Below, in pieces: positions 27,133 to 38,207 of a DNA stretch of 64,000 nt (the stretch's first letter is position 1; each line of letters starts with the position of its first letter). Below the pieces are notes generated by a model, which ran no database searches, was not told where the DNA came from, and saw nothing but the letters and a program-made list of their open reading frames with translations. The DNA is taken from positions 31,963-95,962 of the forward strand of contig CAZFKC010000020.1 in the NCBI GenBank assembly GCA_964519175.1. The letters are read 5' to 3'. A program made the translations under genes and the position numbers. This stretch comes from an uncultured Nannocystaceae bacterium (GTDB taxonomy: Bacteria; Myxococcota_A; Polyangia; Nannocystales; Nannocystaceae).

Positions 27133-28230
27133 TCAGCGCCGGTCGTCGGTCGGCGGCTCGCCCTTCACGAGCCGCTCGGCCAACGCGAGGTGTTCCGGAT
27201 AGGGCGGTCGCTCCGGCGCAGGGCCGTCGCGCTCGGGCTCGCTCGTCGCGCCCGCGGCGATCGCCGCGAGCCGCTCGCGCTTGAACGTCGCCACGCGCTC
27301 GAGCGGGCCCTCGAGCTCGGCGTCCTTGCAGCGCTCGAGCCGTGCGAGCACCTCGTCGGCGAAGTCCTGCCGCTTGCACACGAGCAACGCATCGAGGCCG
27401 GCCGCGAGCGCGGCGGGGACCATGTCGCGCGGCTGCCAGTGATCCGCGACGGCCTTCATCTCGAGATCGTCGGAGAACACGAGCCCGCGATAGCCGAGGC
27501 GCTCGCGCAGGATCGCCATCACCTCGGGCGAGAACGTGGCGGGCCGCTTGCGATCGATCGCCTCGAAGATCACGTGCGCGCTCATGATGCTCGCGACGCC
27601 GGCCTCGATCGCCGCCGCGAACGGCGGCAGCTCGACCTCGAGCAGGCGCTCGAGCGCGTGCGAGAGCTTCGGCAGCGCGAGGTGACTGTCCAGCGAGGTG
27701 TCGCCGTGGCCGGGGAAGTGCTTCGCACAGCACGCGACGCCCTCGGCCTGCATCGCGCGGATGAACGCGCTCGCGTGCGCAGCGACCCGCGCCGGCTCGC
27801 GCGCGAAGCTGCGATCGCCGATGACCGGGTTCCTGGGATTGCTGTCGACGTCGACCACGGGCGCGAAGTCGAGATCGATGCCGAGCTCGACGAGCTCGCG
27901 GGCGAGCGCGCGGGCGAGCTCGGCCGTCCAGTCGAGCTCGTTCAGCTCGCCGAGCCGACGCATGGGCGGCCACTCCGTCCAGGGCGCGCGCAGCCGCTGC
28001 ACGCGTCCGCCCTCCTGATCGATCGCGACCGTGAGCGGCGCGTCCTCCGGAGCGTGCGTGCGCAGCTCGTGGATCAACCCGCGCAGCTGGGCGGGATCCC
28101 GGACGTTGCGGGTGAACAGGATCACACCGCCGACGCGACCCGCACGCACGAGCTCGGCGACGGGACGGGGGCACTCGGTGCCCTCGAAGCCCACGAAGAG
28201 GAGCTGACCCGGCTGCCACCTTCCATTCAT
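27133..28230 (-). CDS. nagZ: beta-N-acetylhexosaminidase (GH3), 365 aa
   Basis: C-terminal part of the read-through ORF 27133..30678. Start at ATG 28230 ([15 protein letters not shown]). Motifs [29 protein letters not shown] and KHFPGHGDT. Confidence 0.9.
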   Translation of the reverse strand: MNGRWQPGQLLFVGFEGTECPRPVAELVRAGRVGGVILFTRNVRDPAQLRGLIHELRTHAPEDAPLTVAIDQEGGRVQRLRAPWTEWPPMRRLGELNELDWTAELARALARELVELGIDLDFAPVVDVDSNPRNPVIGDRSFAREPARVAAHASAFIRAMQAEGVACCAKHFPGHGDTSLDSHLALPKLSHALERLLEVELPPFAAAIEAGVASIMSAHVIFEAIDRKRPATFSPEVMAILRERLGYRGLVFSDDLEMKAVADHWQPRDMVPAALAAGLDALLVCKRQDFADEVLARLERCKDAELEGPLERVATFKRERLAAIAAGATSEPERDGPAPERPPYPEHLALAERLVKGEPPTDDRR

Positions 28231-28341
28231 GTATCTGGAGGCTACTGCGGGCCCTTCGCTCGTGTCGCATTCCTGCGTCGGACCACGGTCCCGCAGCGGT
28301 TGACGCCGCCAAGAGGCCGCGGGTACCGTGCAGCGCCCTCG

Positions 28342-30447
28342 ATGCCCCGCGTTCCGCACCGCAGCCACGGATCCGTCGGGTTCTTCGCGTCGTTGCTCGT
28401 GCTCGGCACGCTCTCGCTCGCCGCCGGTGATGCGCTCGCGCAGCCCGGCATGGGTGGCGGCGGCATGGGTGGCATGGGCGGCGGCGGCATGGGTCCGATG
28501 GGCCCGGGCGGCGGTGGCCCGGGTCAGCGCAAGCAGAAGAAGGAAGGGCCCGGCGAAGCCGCGCCGAAGGACAAGGAAGCACTGCGTCCGATCGAGCCGG
28601 TGCCGGCGCAGCCGCAGCGGTATCGACGGATCCAGCTGTTCGATCTCACCGGCTACATGCGGGTGCGCACCGACTACTTCCATCGCCCGCACCTGGGGCT
28701 CTCGCAGTTCAACGACGACGCGAACCGACCCAACAAGTTCTTCCGACCGCCCGCGGAGCAGGGTGAGATCGCCTCCGACGGCACGGTGATCGAGAACCAA
28801 GCCAGCTGTCAGACGCGACTGAGCCAGAACGGCGTCTCGCAGCTGCGCGTCGGCAATCGCTGCCGTCGTCGTCAGGGCTTCGGCTCCGCGAACATGCGGC
28901 TGCGGCTCGAGCCGGTCTTGCACATCACCGACACCGTGTCGGTGCACTCGCAGATCGACGTGCTCGACAACGTCGTGCTCGGCAGCACGCCCGACTCGTA
29001 CGCGTGGGACAACCCGCTCGCGCCGATGAACCTCTATACGCGCACGCAGATGCCGCCTTCGGCCGGCATCAACTCGTTCCAGGACAGCATCCTGGCCAAG
29101 CGCGCATGGGGTCGCATCCGCTTCGGCTGGGGCCTCGACCTCCGCTTCGGCCGCATGCCCTGGCACTGGGGCATGGGCGTCGTCGCCAACCACGGCAATG
29201 GCTACCAGCGCGGCGATCAGTCCGACATCATCCGCCAGGTCGACCAGGACTACGGCGACTCGGTGGACTCGATCCGGCTCGCGTTCGACGCGGGCAAGGA
29301 TCGCCGCAAGACCCACACGATCGCGATTTCGTGGGACTGGGCGTCCTCGGGCGCGACGACGTCGCAGCTGCTCGGGCCGGCGTGGGCCAACGGCGGCATC
29401 GTCGGGCAGGACTTCTCCGCGGAGAAGTTCGACAACGTCTACCAGTGGAGCGCGTCGGTCGAGCGGCGCGACGACATGGAGATGCTCAAGCGCAAGATCA
29501 CGCTGGGCACGCCGGTCGTGAACTACGGGATCATGGCGTGGCTGCGCCACCAGGATCTCGATCGCGAGGTCGGCTCGCCCGGGTTCGGCGACGGGTTGGG
29601 CACGAACGCGAGCTACTACGACACGGCGCCGTACGCCGACTCGATCGGCGGCGGCGGGGCCACGCTCGGCAACGGCGATCTCGACCAGCTCGGCCGCACC
29701 GGGCTCGACAACTTCGCGTCGACGCTCGTGCATCGCCGCGCACTCCTGTTCACGCCGGATCTCTGGTTCCGGGTCAACTGGCGCACGCTGCGGATCGAGC
29801 TCGAGGCCGCGGCCACGGTGGGGCGCTTCTTCGTCCGCGATCTCGCCGAGCTGCCCGACAACACCGACGGCCGCGACTTCTTCGACAACATCGAGCGCAG
29901 CGCGCTGCGCAAGCAGCTCGTCGCGAACTTCGGCTACGCGCTCGAGTTCAAGTACGGGTTCTTCCGCGATCGCTTCCACATCGGGTTCGACCAGGGTTTC
30001 GCGACCGGCGACGACTCGCCGCCGCTCAACTACAACCCGCAGAGTCCGCTCCTGCAGGACAACAACGGCAGCGTCAACAACTTCCGGTTCAACCCGGCGT
30101 ACAACATCGACCTGTTGATGTTCCGCGAGATCCTCGGCACGGTCTCGAACGCCGCGTACTTCAAGCCCTGGGCCGCGTTCTACTTCTTCAACCACTTCTC
30201 GGCGCGCGTCGACGTCGAGTACGCGCTGGCGATGCGTCGCCAGGGCACGCTCGGCAACAAGTACAGCTACGGCGTCGAGATCGACGGCGCCATGCGCTAC
30301 CACGACGCGCGCGAGCCGATCTTCGTGCAGTTCCAGTACGGCGTGATGTTCCCGCTGCCCGGCTTCAACCGCCTCCGCGAAGGCGGCGGTCGCGAGGACG
30401 CGCGCGCGGTGCAGACCCTGCAGGCGCAGGTCGGTATCAAGTTCTAG
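28342..30447 (+). CDS. predicted outer-membrane beta-barrel protein with a Gly/Met-rich N-terminal tract, 701 aa
   Basis: Start at ATG 28342. Signal peptide ...AGDALAQ, then GMGGGGMGGMGGGGMGPMGPGGGGPG. A long beta-rich body ends ...LQAQVGIKF with a terminal aromatic residue typical of OMPs. Confidence 0.75.
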   Translation: MPRVPHRSHGSVGFFASLLVLGTLSLAAGDALAQPGMGGGGMGGMGGGGMGPMGPGGGGPGQRKQKKEGPGEAAPKDKEALRPIEPVPAQPQRYRRIQLFDLTGYMRVRTDYFHRPHLGLSQFNDDANRPNKFFRPPAEQGEIASDGTVIENQASCQTRLSQNGVSQLRVGNRCRRRQGFGSANMRLRLEPVLHITDTVSVHSQIDVLDNVVLGSTPDSYAWDNPLAPMNLYTRTQMPPSAGINSFQDSILAKRAWGRIRFGWGLDLRFGRMPWHWGMGVVANHGNGYQRGDQSDIIRQVDQDYGDSVDSIRLAFDAGKDRRKTHTIAISWDWASSGATTSQLLGPAWANGGIVGQDFSAEKFDNVYQWSASVERRDDMEMLKRKITLGTPVVNYGIMAWLRHQDLDREVGSPGFGDGLGTNASYYDTAPYADSIGGGGATLGNGDLDQLGRTGLDNFASTLVHRRALLFTPDLWFRVNWRTLRIELEAAATVGRFFVRDLAELPDNTDGRDFFDNIERSALRKQLVANFGYALEFKYGFFRDRFHIGFDQGFATGDDSPPLNYNPQSPLLQDNNGSVNNFRFNPAYNIDLLMFREILGTVSNAAYFKPWAAFYFFNHFSARVDVEYALAMRRQGTLGNKYSYGVEIDGAMRYHDAREPIFVQFQYGVMFPLPGFNRLREGGGREDARAVQTLQAQVGIKF

Positions 30448-30489
30448 CGGGGTACGGAAGAACGCAAAGCGTTCTTCCGAACACCCCGC
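30447..30489. terminator. bidirectional stem-loop between convergent genes
   Basis: GCGGGGT-A-CGGAAGAACGC-AAA-GCGTTCTTCCG-AAC-ACCCCGC: an 11 bp perfect inner stem plus a 7 bp outer stem, directly after the stop codon at 30445-30447. Confidence 0.7.
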
Positions 30490-30492
30490 TCC

Positions 30493-30522
30493 GTGCCCGT
30501 GCCCGCGCCCGTGCCCGTGCGG
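30493..30522. repeat. hexanucleotide tandem repeat (GTGCCC-like) x5
   Basis: GTGCCC GTGCCC GCGCCC GTGCCC GTGCGG, located in the 85 bp spacer between convergent genes. Confidence 0.8.
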
Positions 30523-30532
30523 CGGGGTAGCT

Positions 30533-31732
30533 TCACAGCTTCGAAGCCACGCTGATCCCCGGCTCCTCCGGCGGCGCCGCGAGCCAAGCGAGCGCATCGG
30601 CATCGTCGAGCACATACCCCGCGAAGAACGTCGTGGCCCAGTCGGCCGCGCGCGCCCGCGTCGCGTCGATGTCGACATACGTGAACGGCTCCCCGTTCGT
30701 CTGCCGCACCCCCTCCCCGCAGCCGGGCGCGAACGACTCCACGAGCGCGCAGATGTCCGAGAACGACCAGTGTCCGGCGTCGGCGAATTCCACGAGCAGC
30801 GCCGGCGTGCCGATCGCGTCGTAGTTGCTGCGGATGAGGTTGTTGCCGACCTCGAGGATGCTGTTGTCCTCCTGCGCGAGCAGCATGAGCACCGGCGTGT
30901 CGATGTTCGCGATCGTCACGCCCGGCAACAGCGGATTCTCCATCGGTGCCGCGATCGCCACGGTCGCGCGCACCCGCTCGTCGCGCTCGGTCACCCAGCC
31001 CGCCGTCACCGAGCCGAACGAGTGCCCCATGACCCCGAGACGCTCGCCGTCGATCCGGCCGCGCAGCAGCTCCGGCACGTCGTCGGCCGCGATCGCATCG
31101 ATGACGCGCCCGAGGTCGTCGCCGCGCGTCGCGAGGAACGCCGCGCTCACGCCCACGCTGGTGCCGGCGAGCTCGTCGAAGAGCGTGTTGTCGGTGTGAT
31201 CCGGCGCCGCGACCACGAAGCCCCAGCTCGCCAGCTGCTCGGCGATGAACGTGCTCGAGTAGCGCGTGCAGTTGCTGCAGTGCGAGAACACGACGACGCC
31301 GGCGCTCCCGCTCGCGAGCGGCTCCGCGTCCGGAGTCGACTGCACGAGCTTGCGCGTGCACGGCTCGGGCGCATCGGCGACGAGCCCGACGAGCGTGTCG
31401 TGGTGCGGGCCCGCGGGCTCGAGCTCGGCGAGCCCGACGGGCCCGCGACCGACGTCCGCGGTGGGGTACCACCACTGCACGAGCGTCGTGCGATCGTCCA
31501 CCAGCGCGAGCTCGCTCGTCGTGTGTCCCACACCGTGCGGGCCGCGACCACGCCACGGCTCGAGCTCACCGGTGTCGCTCGTGGTGTCGACGGCGCTCGT
31601 CTCCGACGAGCTCGTCACCGCAGCGGACGCGCTCGACTCGCTCGTCGCGGTCGTGCTCGTCGTGTCCGCAGCCGGGCTGTCGGGGTCGGAGCAGCCGATC
31701 ACGAGCGCAGTGATGCAAGCGAGTCGTCGCAT
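30533..31732 (-). CDS. alpha/beta-hydrolase lipoprotein (PAF-acetylhydrolase/dienelactone-hydrolase-like), 399 aa
   Basis: Lipobox LVIGC, a Ser/Thr-rich linker, the nucleophile elbow GHSFG, and downstream D and H candidates (QEDN, AGHWSF). Confidence 0.7.
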   Translation of the reverse strand: MRRLACITALVIGCSDPDSPAADTTSTTATSESSASAAVTSSSETSAVDTTSDTGELEPWRGRGPHGVGHTTSELALVDDRTTLVQWWYPTADVGRGPVGLAELEPAGPHHDTLVGLVADAPEPCTRKLVQSTPDAEPLASGSAGVVVFSHCSNCTRYSSTFIAEQLASWGFVVAAPDHTDNTLFDELAGTSVGVSAAFLATRGDDLGRVIDAIAADDVPELLRGRIDGERLGVMGHSFGSVTAGWVTERDERVRATVAIAAPMENPLLPGVTIANIDTPVLMLLAQEDNSILEVGNNLIRSNYDAIGTPALLVEFADAGHWSFSDICALVESFAPGCGEGVRQTNGEPFTYVDIDATRARAADWATTFFAGYVLDDADALAWLAAPPEEPGISVASKL

Positions 31733-31796
31733 GCTCCGAGCTCTATCAGCTTTCCTCGGGGTGTCGGCGCGGCGCTGGGCCTGGTAGGGTCACACC

Positions 31797-32483
31797 GTGC
31801 AAGCCCCTAGGCTCGCAACGGTGCTCGCGCTCGCGGTCGCCGCCTGTCGGCCCGCACCGACGAGCTCCCCGCCGCCCACCGCGACGCCGAGCGTGGCCCC
31901 GCCCGCCGTCGTCGTGCCGGCGGCCGGCCGCGCGCCCGCCACGGTGTCGTCGAGCGCGAAGGCCAAGCCGCCCGAGCCACCGTGGGATCCCGACGACGTC
32001 GGGCGCATCAAGGCCGCGCAGCCGCTCATACGTGCCGCTGCGGCCGAGTATGGCGTCGACGCGAACGTGATGAACGCGATCATCTGGCACGAGAGCAAGT
32101 TCAACGCGAAGGCGAAGGGCCCGGGCGGCGCGGCGGGGCTGATGCAGCTCATGCCGACGACGTCGAAGTCGCTCGCGAAGCGACTCGGGCTCCCGCACCG
32201 GCCCTACGACGCGAAGTTCAACGTCACCGCGGGGGCCTACCTGCTGTCCCGCTTGTTGAAGATCTTCGACGGCGACCAGGATCTCGCGCTCGCCGGCTAC
32301 GCGCTCGGGCACGTGGCGGTGAAGCGGCGCATCGAGGCCGGCGAGCCGCTGCCCGAGCGCACGCAGAGGTTCATCGCCCACGTGCACGACTGGTCCGCCG
32401 CGTTCGCGGCCGCGCCCGAGCTGGCGCCCAGGCACGAGCACGCCTCGCGCGCCACGCCGCCTGCATCAACGCTCGCGCCGTGA
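31797..32483 (+). CDS. lytic transglycosylase (SLT domain) lipoprotein, 228 aa
   Basis: GTG start, lipobox LAVAAC and a Pro-rich linker. SLT motifs IIWHESKFNAKAKGPGGAAGLMQLMP and AGAYLLSRL...ALAGY. Confidence 0.85.
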   Translation: MQAPRLATVLALAVAACRPAPTSSPPPTATPSVAPPAVVVPAAGRAPATVSSSAKAKPPEPPWDPDDVGRIKAAQPLIRAAAAEYGVDANVMNAIIWHESKFNAKAKGPGGAAGLMQLMPTTSKSLAKRLGLPHRPYDAKFNVTAGAYLLSRLLKIFDGDQDLALAGYALGHVAVKRRIEAGEPLPERTQRFIAHVHDWSAAFAAAPELAPRHEHASRATPPASTLAP

Positions 32484-33005
32484 GCGAGCTCGCCGTGGTG
32501 CGGGCGCGGCCACGCTGCCGGCGCTGAGCCGCGCCGTCGCGGCCTGCTGCCGCCGCGTCGCGCCGTCGAGGAAGCGCAACACGACCTCGAGCTCGTCGTC
32601 GGTGAACTCCGCCGCGAGCTCCTGCATCTCGCGCACGAGATCGTCGAACAGGTGCGCGTGTGCGAGCAGCGGCGCGCGGTCGAGCTCGACGAGCACGCGG
32701 CGACCGTCGGCAGGATCCTTGATGCGGCGCGCGAAGCCCTTGTCCTCGAGGCGATCGACGAGACCGGTGATCGACGCGGGTGCGAGCCCTGCCCGCTCGC
32801 CGAGCTCGCCCGCCGTGAGCGGCCCGAAGCGATCGAGCAGGTCGAGCGCCTTGCCCTCGGAGGGCCCGAGCCCCTGCTTCGCCGCCATCGCGGTGTGGAA
32901 CATGACCGCCGCGGTGCTCTGCTCACGGCCCGCCATCAGCACGCGACCTACGAGCTCCGCGCGGGCTCGGCCCGCCTCGCCGGTCTTGCGCCGCGCACGG
33001 CTCAC
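32466..33005 (-). CDS. MarR family transcriptional regulator, 179 aa
   Basis: wHTH segment LDLLDRFGPLTAGELGERAGLAPASITGLVDRLEDKGFARRIKDPADGRRVLVEL. Start at GTG 33005, or ATG 32936. Confidence 0.85.
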   Translation of the reverse strand: MSRARRKTGEAGRARAELVGRVLMAGREQSTAAVMFHTAMAAKQGLGPSEGKALDLLDRFGPLTAGELGERAGLAPASITGLVDRLEDKGFARRIKDPADGRRVLVELDRAPLLAHAHLFDDLVREMQELAAEFTDDELEVVLRFLDGATRRQQAATARLSAGSVAAPAPRRARSRRER

Positions 33006-33023
33006 CAGGCCAGGATAGCCGAT

Positions 33024-33100
33024 GTATTTCGGTCCAACGAAAGATTCCCCTGGCGCCTTCCTTCCGGCGGATCCAGTATTTCGTTCGGACGAACGAAATA
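33024..33100. promoter_or_regulatory. AT-rich palindromic operator candidates between the MarR and monooxygenase genes
   Basis: A perfect palindrome TATTTCGTTCG-GA-CGAACGAAATA at 33077-33100 ends 3 nt before ATG 33103. A weaker site, TATTTCG-GTCCAA-CGAAAGA, lies at 33024-33045. Confidence 0.65.
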
Positions 33101-33102
33101 TC

Positions 33103-34410
33103 ATGCACGCAGTCGTCATCGGTGGAAGTATCGCGGGTCCCCTGGCCGCCATGGGCATCGTTGCGCAGGGAGGATCGGCCACGGTCTACGAGGCCCATCC
33201 GGAGCACGCGGGCGCGACGGTCGGCGCGTGGCTCACGGTCGCGGTCAACGGGCTCGCGGCCATGCGCGCGCTCGGTGTGCACCGCGAGATCATGGCCTGC
33301 GGCTTCCCGTCGCGGACGATCGAGCTCGTCAGCGGCACCGGCAAGGTGCTCGGCGCCGTGCCGGTCGGCGGCGAGCTGCCGGACGGCACGCTCACGCACA
33401 CGCTGCGGCGCCCGGATCTGTACCGGACGATCGCGGAGCTCGCCGCGGCGAAGGGCGTGCGGCTCGAGTACGGCAAGCGCTTCGCCTCGGCGACGGTCGA
33501 GCACGGGCGCGCCATCGCCCGCTTCGAGGACGGCACGGAGGCCGAGGGCGATCTGCTGATCGGAGCCGATGGCGTGCACTCGCGCGTGCGCAGCGTGATC
33601 GATCCGGGCGCACCGCAGCCGCGCTACTGCGGTCTGCTCGGCTTCGGCGGCATCACGCCCGCCGGTCGCATCGAGCTGGCCCCGGGCACCTACCGCATGG
33701 TGTTCGGCCACCGCGCGTTCTTCGGCTACACCGTCGCGCCCGACGGTGAGGTGTGGTGGTTCGCCAACGTGCCGCAGCGCGAGCCCTTCGGCCGCGACGA
33801 GCTCGCGGCGCGGACACAGGCCGAGTGGCGCGCCTGGCTCGTCGCGCTGTTGCGCCGCGATCGCGGGCCGATGGCCGACATCGCGGCGGCGACCGAGGGC
33901 ACGATCACGATCACGAACCAGCACGAGCTGCCGACGGTGCCGGTGTGGCACCGCGGACCCCTCGTGATCCTCGGCGACGCCGCGCACGCAGCCGATCCCT
34001 CGTCGGGCCAGGGCGTGTCGATGGCGGCCGAGGACGCGGTCGAGCTGGCGAGCTGTCTGCGCGAGCACGCCGAGCTCGCGGCTGCGCTCGCCGCGTTCGA
34101 GTCGCGACGCCGCGGTCGGGTCGAGCGCGTGGTCGCCTACGGCGCCTCGATGGGGGCGCGCAAGGCCGCGGGCCCGGTCGGTCGGATCTTCCGCGATCTG
34201 ATCCTGCCGATCGTGCTGCGTCGGATCGTGCGGAGCACCGGCAAGGGCGCGCTCGACTGGCTGTACCGCTACGACGCCGCATCCGCGGGCATGGCTCTCG
34301 CGGACACGTCCCGCGAGGACACCTCCCGCGCGGACACCTCCCGCGCGGACACCTCCCGCGCGGACACCGTCCCGCGTGGCCAGCTCGCGCAGCCCGACCC
34401 GCAGCGCTAG
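33103..34410 (+). CDS. FAD-dependent aromatic-ring monooxygenase (salicylate hydroxylase/UbiH-like), 435 aa
   Basis: MHAVVIGGSIAGPLAA (GxGxxG), DLLIGADGVHSRVR and ILGDAAHAADPSSGQGVSMAAEDA. The C-terminal tail carries DTSR(A/E) repeats. Confidence 0.9.
   Translation: MHAVVIGGSIAGPLAAMGIVAQGGSATVYEAHPEHAGATVGAWLTVAVNGLAAMRALGVHREIMACGFPSRTIELVSGTGKVLGAVPVGGELPDGTLTHTLRRPDLYRTIAELAAAKGVRLEYGKRFASATVEHGRAIARFEDGTEAEGDLLIGADGVHSRVRSVIDPGAPQPRYCGLLGFGGITPAGRIELAPGTYRMVFGHRAFFGYTVAPDGEVWWFANVPQREPFGRDELAARTQAEWRAWLVALLRRDRGPMADIAAATEGTITITNQHELPTVPVWHRGPLVILGDAAHAADPSSGQGVSMAAEDAVELASCLREHAELAAALAAFESRRRGRVERVVAYGASMGARKAAGPVGRIFRDLILPIVLRRIVRSTGKGALDWLYRYDAASAGMALADTSREDTSRADTSRADTSRADTVPRGQLAQPDPQR
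34303..34375. repeat. 15-nt tandem repeat (GACACCTCCCGCGCG), about 5 copies
   Basis: Copies start at 34303 (variant), 34318, 34333 and 34348, with a partial copy at 34363. They encode DTSRE-DTSRA-DTSRA-DTSRA-DT at the monooxygenase C-terminus. Confidence 0.9.
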
Positions 34411-34421
34411 CCTCTCGCGAC

Positions 34422-35780
34422 ATGGCGAAGGCGACGACGCGCTGGGTGTGCACCGAGTGTCAGGCCACTGCGAGCGGCTGGTTCGGCAAGTGTCCGAGCT
34501 GCGGCGCGTGGAACTCGATCGAGCAGAAGAGCGACACGCCGACGCCGACCGATCGCGTCGCGCTCTCGACCGAGGGCGGTGCCCCGATCTCCGCCGATGC
34601 GAACATCGAGGAGGCGCCGCGCCGGGACACCGGCGTCGGCGAGGTCGACCGCGTGCTCGGTGGAGGGCTCGTCTCCGGCAGCGTCGTGCTCGTCGGCGGC
34701 CCGCCCGGCATCGGCAAGTCGACGCTGCTGCTGCAGGTCGGGGCCGGCATCGCAAAGGCCCACGGCGCGGTGCTCTACGCGAGCGGTGAGGAGTCCATCG
34801 CGCAGATCGGTGCGCGTGCGCATCGGCTCGGGGCCGCGGACAAGCGCCTGCTCCTGCTCGCCGAGAACCGCGTCGAGACCATCCTCGCGGCGGCACGCGA
34901 GCTCTCGCTCGCCGGCGAGCTCGCGACGATCGTCGTCGACTCGATCCAGACCGTGTACAGCGACGCCGCCGAGGGCCTGCCCGGCAACGTCACGCAGATC
35001 CGCGCGAGCGCGGCTCAGCTCGTCAGCTTCGCGAAGCTGCACGGCACGCCGGTCGTGCTCGTCGGCCACGTCACGAAGGACGGTCAGCTCGCCGGCCCGC
35101 GCGTGCTCGAGCACCTCGTCGATGCGGTGCTCTCGTTCGACGGCGACGACGAGCGCGCGCTCCGGCTGCTGCGCGCGAGCAAGAACCGCTTCGGCAACAC
35201 CGCCGAGCTCGGCGTGTTCGAGATGACCGGCACCGGGCTGCGCGAGATCGGCAACCCGTCGGCGGCCTTCCTCGCCGAGCGACCGAAGGGCGCCGCCGGC
35301 TCGTGCATCGCCGCGAGCCTCGAGGGCGCGCGTCCGCTGCTGCTCGAGGTGCAGGCGCTGCTCGCCCCCGCGTTCGGCGGCGCGCGCCGCAACTGCGTCG
35401 GCGTCGACTCGGCTCGGCTCGCGATGCTGCTGGCGGTGCTCGATCGCCACGGCGAGCTCGCGGTCCTCGACCAGGACGTCTTCATCAACGTCGCCGGCGG
35501 CATGCGCCTGTTCGAGCCGGCCGCAGACCTCGCGATCGCGCTCGCGGTCGCGAGCAGCCACCTTCGCAAGCCGCTGGCGGAGGGTGTCGTCGCGATCGGC
35601 GAGATCGGTCTCACCGGCGAGGTCCGCCAGGCGCCTCGCGTCGAGCTGCGACTCGCCGAAGCGAAGCGCCTCGGCTTCACGCGCGCGATCGTGGGCGGGG
35701 CCAACGCGAAGCTCTCGGCGACCGGCATCGAGGTCGTGCGGACCACGACGATCCGCGCCGCGATCGAGGCCGCCCTCTGA
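34422..35780 (+). CDS. radA: DNA repair protein RadA/Sms, 452 aa
   Basis: Zinc finger WVCTECQATASGWFGKCPSCGAWNS, Walker A GGPPGIGKST, the KNRFG motif, and a Lon-like C-domain (IGEIGLTGEVR). Confidence 0.95.
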   Translation: MAKATTRWVCTECQATASGWFGKCPSCGAWNSIEQKSDTPTPTDRVALSTEGGAPISADANIEEAPRRDTGVGEVDRVLGGGLVSGSVVLVGGPPGIGKSTLLLQVGAGIAKAHGAVLYASGEESIAQIGARAHRLGAADKRLLLLAENRVETILAAARELSLAGELATIVVDSIQTVYSDAAEGLPGNVTQIRASAAQLVSFAKLHGTPVVLVGHVTKDGQLAGPRVLEHLVDAVLSFDGDDERALRLLRASKNRFGNTAELGVFEMTGTGLREIGNPSAAFLAERPKGAAGSCIAASLEGARPLLLEVQALLAPAFGGARRNCVGVDSARLAMLLAVLDRHGELAVLDQDVFINVAGGMRLFEPAADLAIALAVASSHLRKPLAEGVVAIGEIGLTGEVRQAPRVELRLAEAKRLGFTRAIVGGANAKLSATGIEVVRTTTIRAAIEAAL

Positions 35781-35863
35781 TGTCCGCCGGTCGACGCGGA
35801 TCGCACCGTCGCCGTGCGCGTGCGCCGGTGATCATCCCGTAGGCCGCGGGCGTCTACTCCAGC

Positions 35864-36934
35864 GTGACGATCGATCGCGTCCTCCGCCGCGTCGTGCTCG
35901 CCCTCGGCTGCGCGCTGGCGCCTTCGTGCACCGCGACGACGCCGAGGCCCGAGGCCGGTCGCGACGCGTCGCCTTCGACCGCGCCCGGGGCCCCGTCATC
36001 CGAGGCCCCGCCGCCCGAGGTCGCGCCGCCCGCGGCCCCGCCGCCCGCGGCCCCGTCGTCCGCGGCTCCGGACGGCTCGCCGCGGATCGAGCTCGCGATC
36101 GATCTCGACGCGATCGGGCTCTCGCCGTCGCTGAATCGCGCGTGGGTGGAGAAGGATCTCGAGCGCATCGAGCAGCTCGCCAACGCCTTCCCGCCACGGT
36201 CCCTCACCGAGGCGCTCGCGGCCTTCGACGAGGCGGGCAAGGACTGCACCCCGCACGCACAGGGGCTGGGCATCGAAGATCGCACGTGTCCGATCCCGGG
36301 CGGCTACACCACGTGCTGGGTCACCCTCGTCACGTACGAGGGCGAGCTCTTCCGTGCACACGCGGGCTGCCGCGGCAGCGAGGAGTCGTGGTCGGAGATC
36401 GCTCCGGTGACCGAGCGGGCGTACGCGGAGGCCCTCGTTCCGCGTGGCTTCCGGGTCGAAGGACGAATGGCGACGGCGACGTGGGTCGACGAGACCAGGC
36501 AGCGCCGCATGGACGATGCGCTCGCGTCGAAGCTCGGTCCCCGCGCAGAGGTGGAGGTCCCGCCGGCGTTGCGCGATGCGGTGGAGCTATTGACGTCACC
36601 GCACACGCACAACGTGCTCGGCACCGCGTGCGGCTACGCGGGCACGCCCCCGGAGGCCCACCGCGCGATGATCGAGCTCGTCGACGCCGGCCGCGACGAC
36701 CTGCTCCGCAACGCGATGCGCGGGCTCAATGCCGGCGGACGCGTGTACGGCTACATCGGGTTGCGACTGCTCGGGAAGAACACCCGAGACGACGATGCGA
36801 CCTACGACACCCTGCGCGCGCTCGACGTTCCGCTCGAAGCCTGCGGTGGATGCAGGACCCAAGCACAGAGCAGCGCGAGGTTGGATCTCGCCCCGTTCGA
36901 GCACGCGCGCGAGCGTGCGCGTGCTCGTCGGTGA
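35864..36934 (+). CDS. hypothetical lipoprotein, 356 aa
   Basis: GTG start, lipobox-like [11 protein letters not shown], a Pro/Ala-rich linker, then a globular region with conserved-looking Cys pairs. I recognise no family. Confidence 0.55.
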   Translation: MTIDRVLRRVVLALGCALAPSCTATTPRPEAGRDASPSTAPGAPSSEAPPPEVAPPAAPPPAAPSSAAPDGSPRIELAIDLDAIGLSPSLNRAWVEKDLERIEQLANAFPPRSLTEALAAFDEAGKDCTPHAQGLGIEDRTCPIPGGYTTCWVTLVTYEGELFRAHAGCRGSEESWSEIAPVTERAYAEALVPRGFRVEGRMATATWVDETRQRRMDDALASKLGPRAEVEVPPALRDAVELLTSPHTHNVLGTACGYAGTPPEAHRAMIELVDAGRDDLLRNAMRGLNAGGRVYGYIGLRLLGKNTRDDDATYDTLRALDVPLEACGGCRTQAQSSARLDLAPFEHARERARARR

Positions 36935-36947
36935 CGACGCGATCGAG

Positions 36948-38162
<1,215 letters not shown>

Positions 38163-38207
38163 CTGGGAAGCTCCGGAAGTGCGTGGTTGAAGGGCGACGG
38201 ACGAAAA

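Noticed and set aside
30493-30522. A short hexamer repeat, considered as a possible CRISPR or other array.
   Set aside because: It has only five contiguous 6-nt units and no spacers. It is simple slippage-type microsatellite DNA in a convergent spacer.
27133-30678. Very long ORFs in the track, for example 27133..30678(-) 1181 aa, 49380..53036(-) 1218 aa, 15326..18955(+) 1209 aa, 36729..39749(+) 1006 aa and 27190..30447(+) 1085 aa.
   Set aside because: At this GC content, stop codons are rare in every frame. Only part of each ORF has protein-like sequence (nagZ, the small ORF, the kinase, the OMP). The rest is Arg/Ala/Pro/Gly-rich antisense or out-of-frame read-through of real genes on the other strand.
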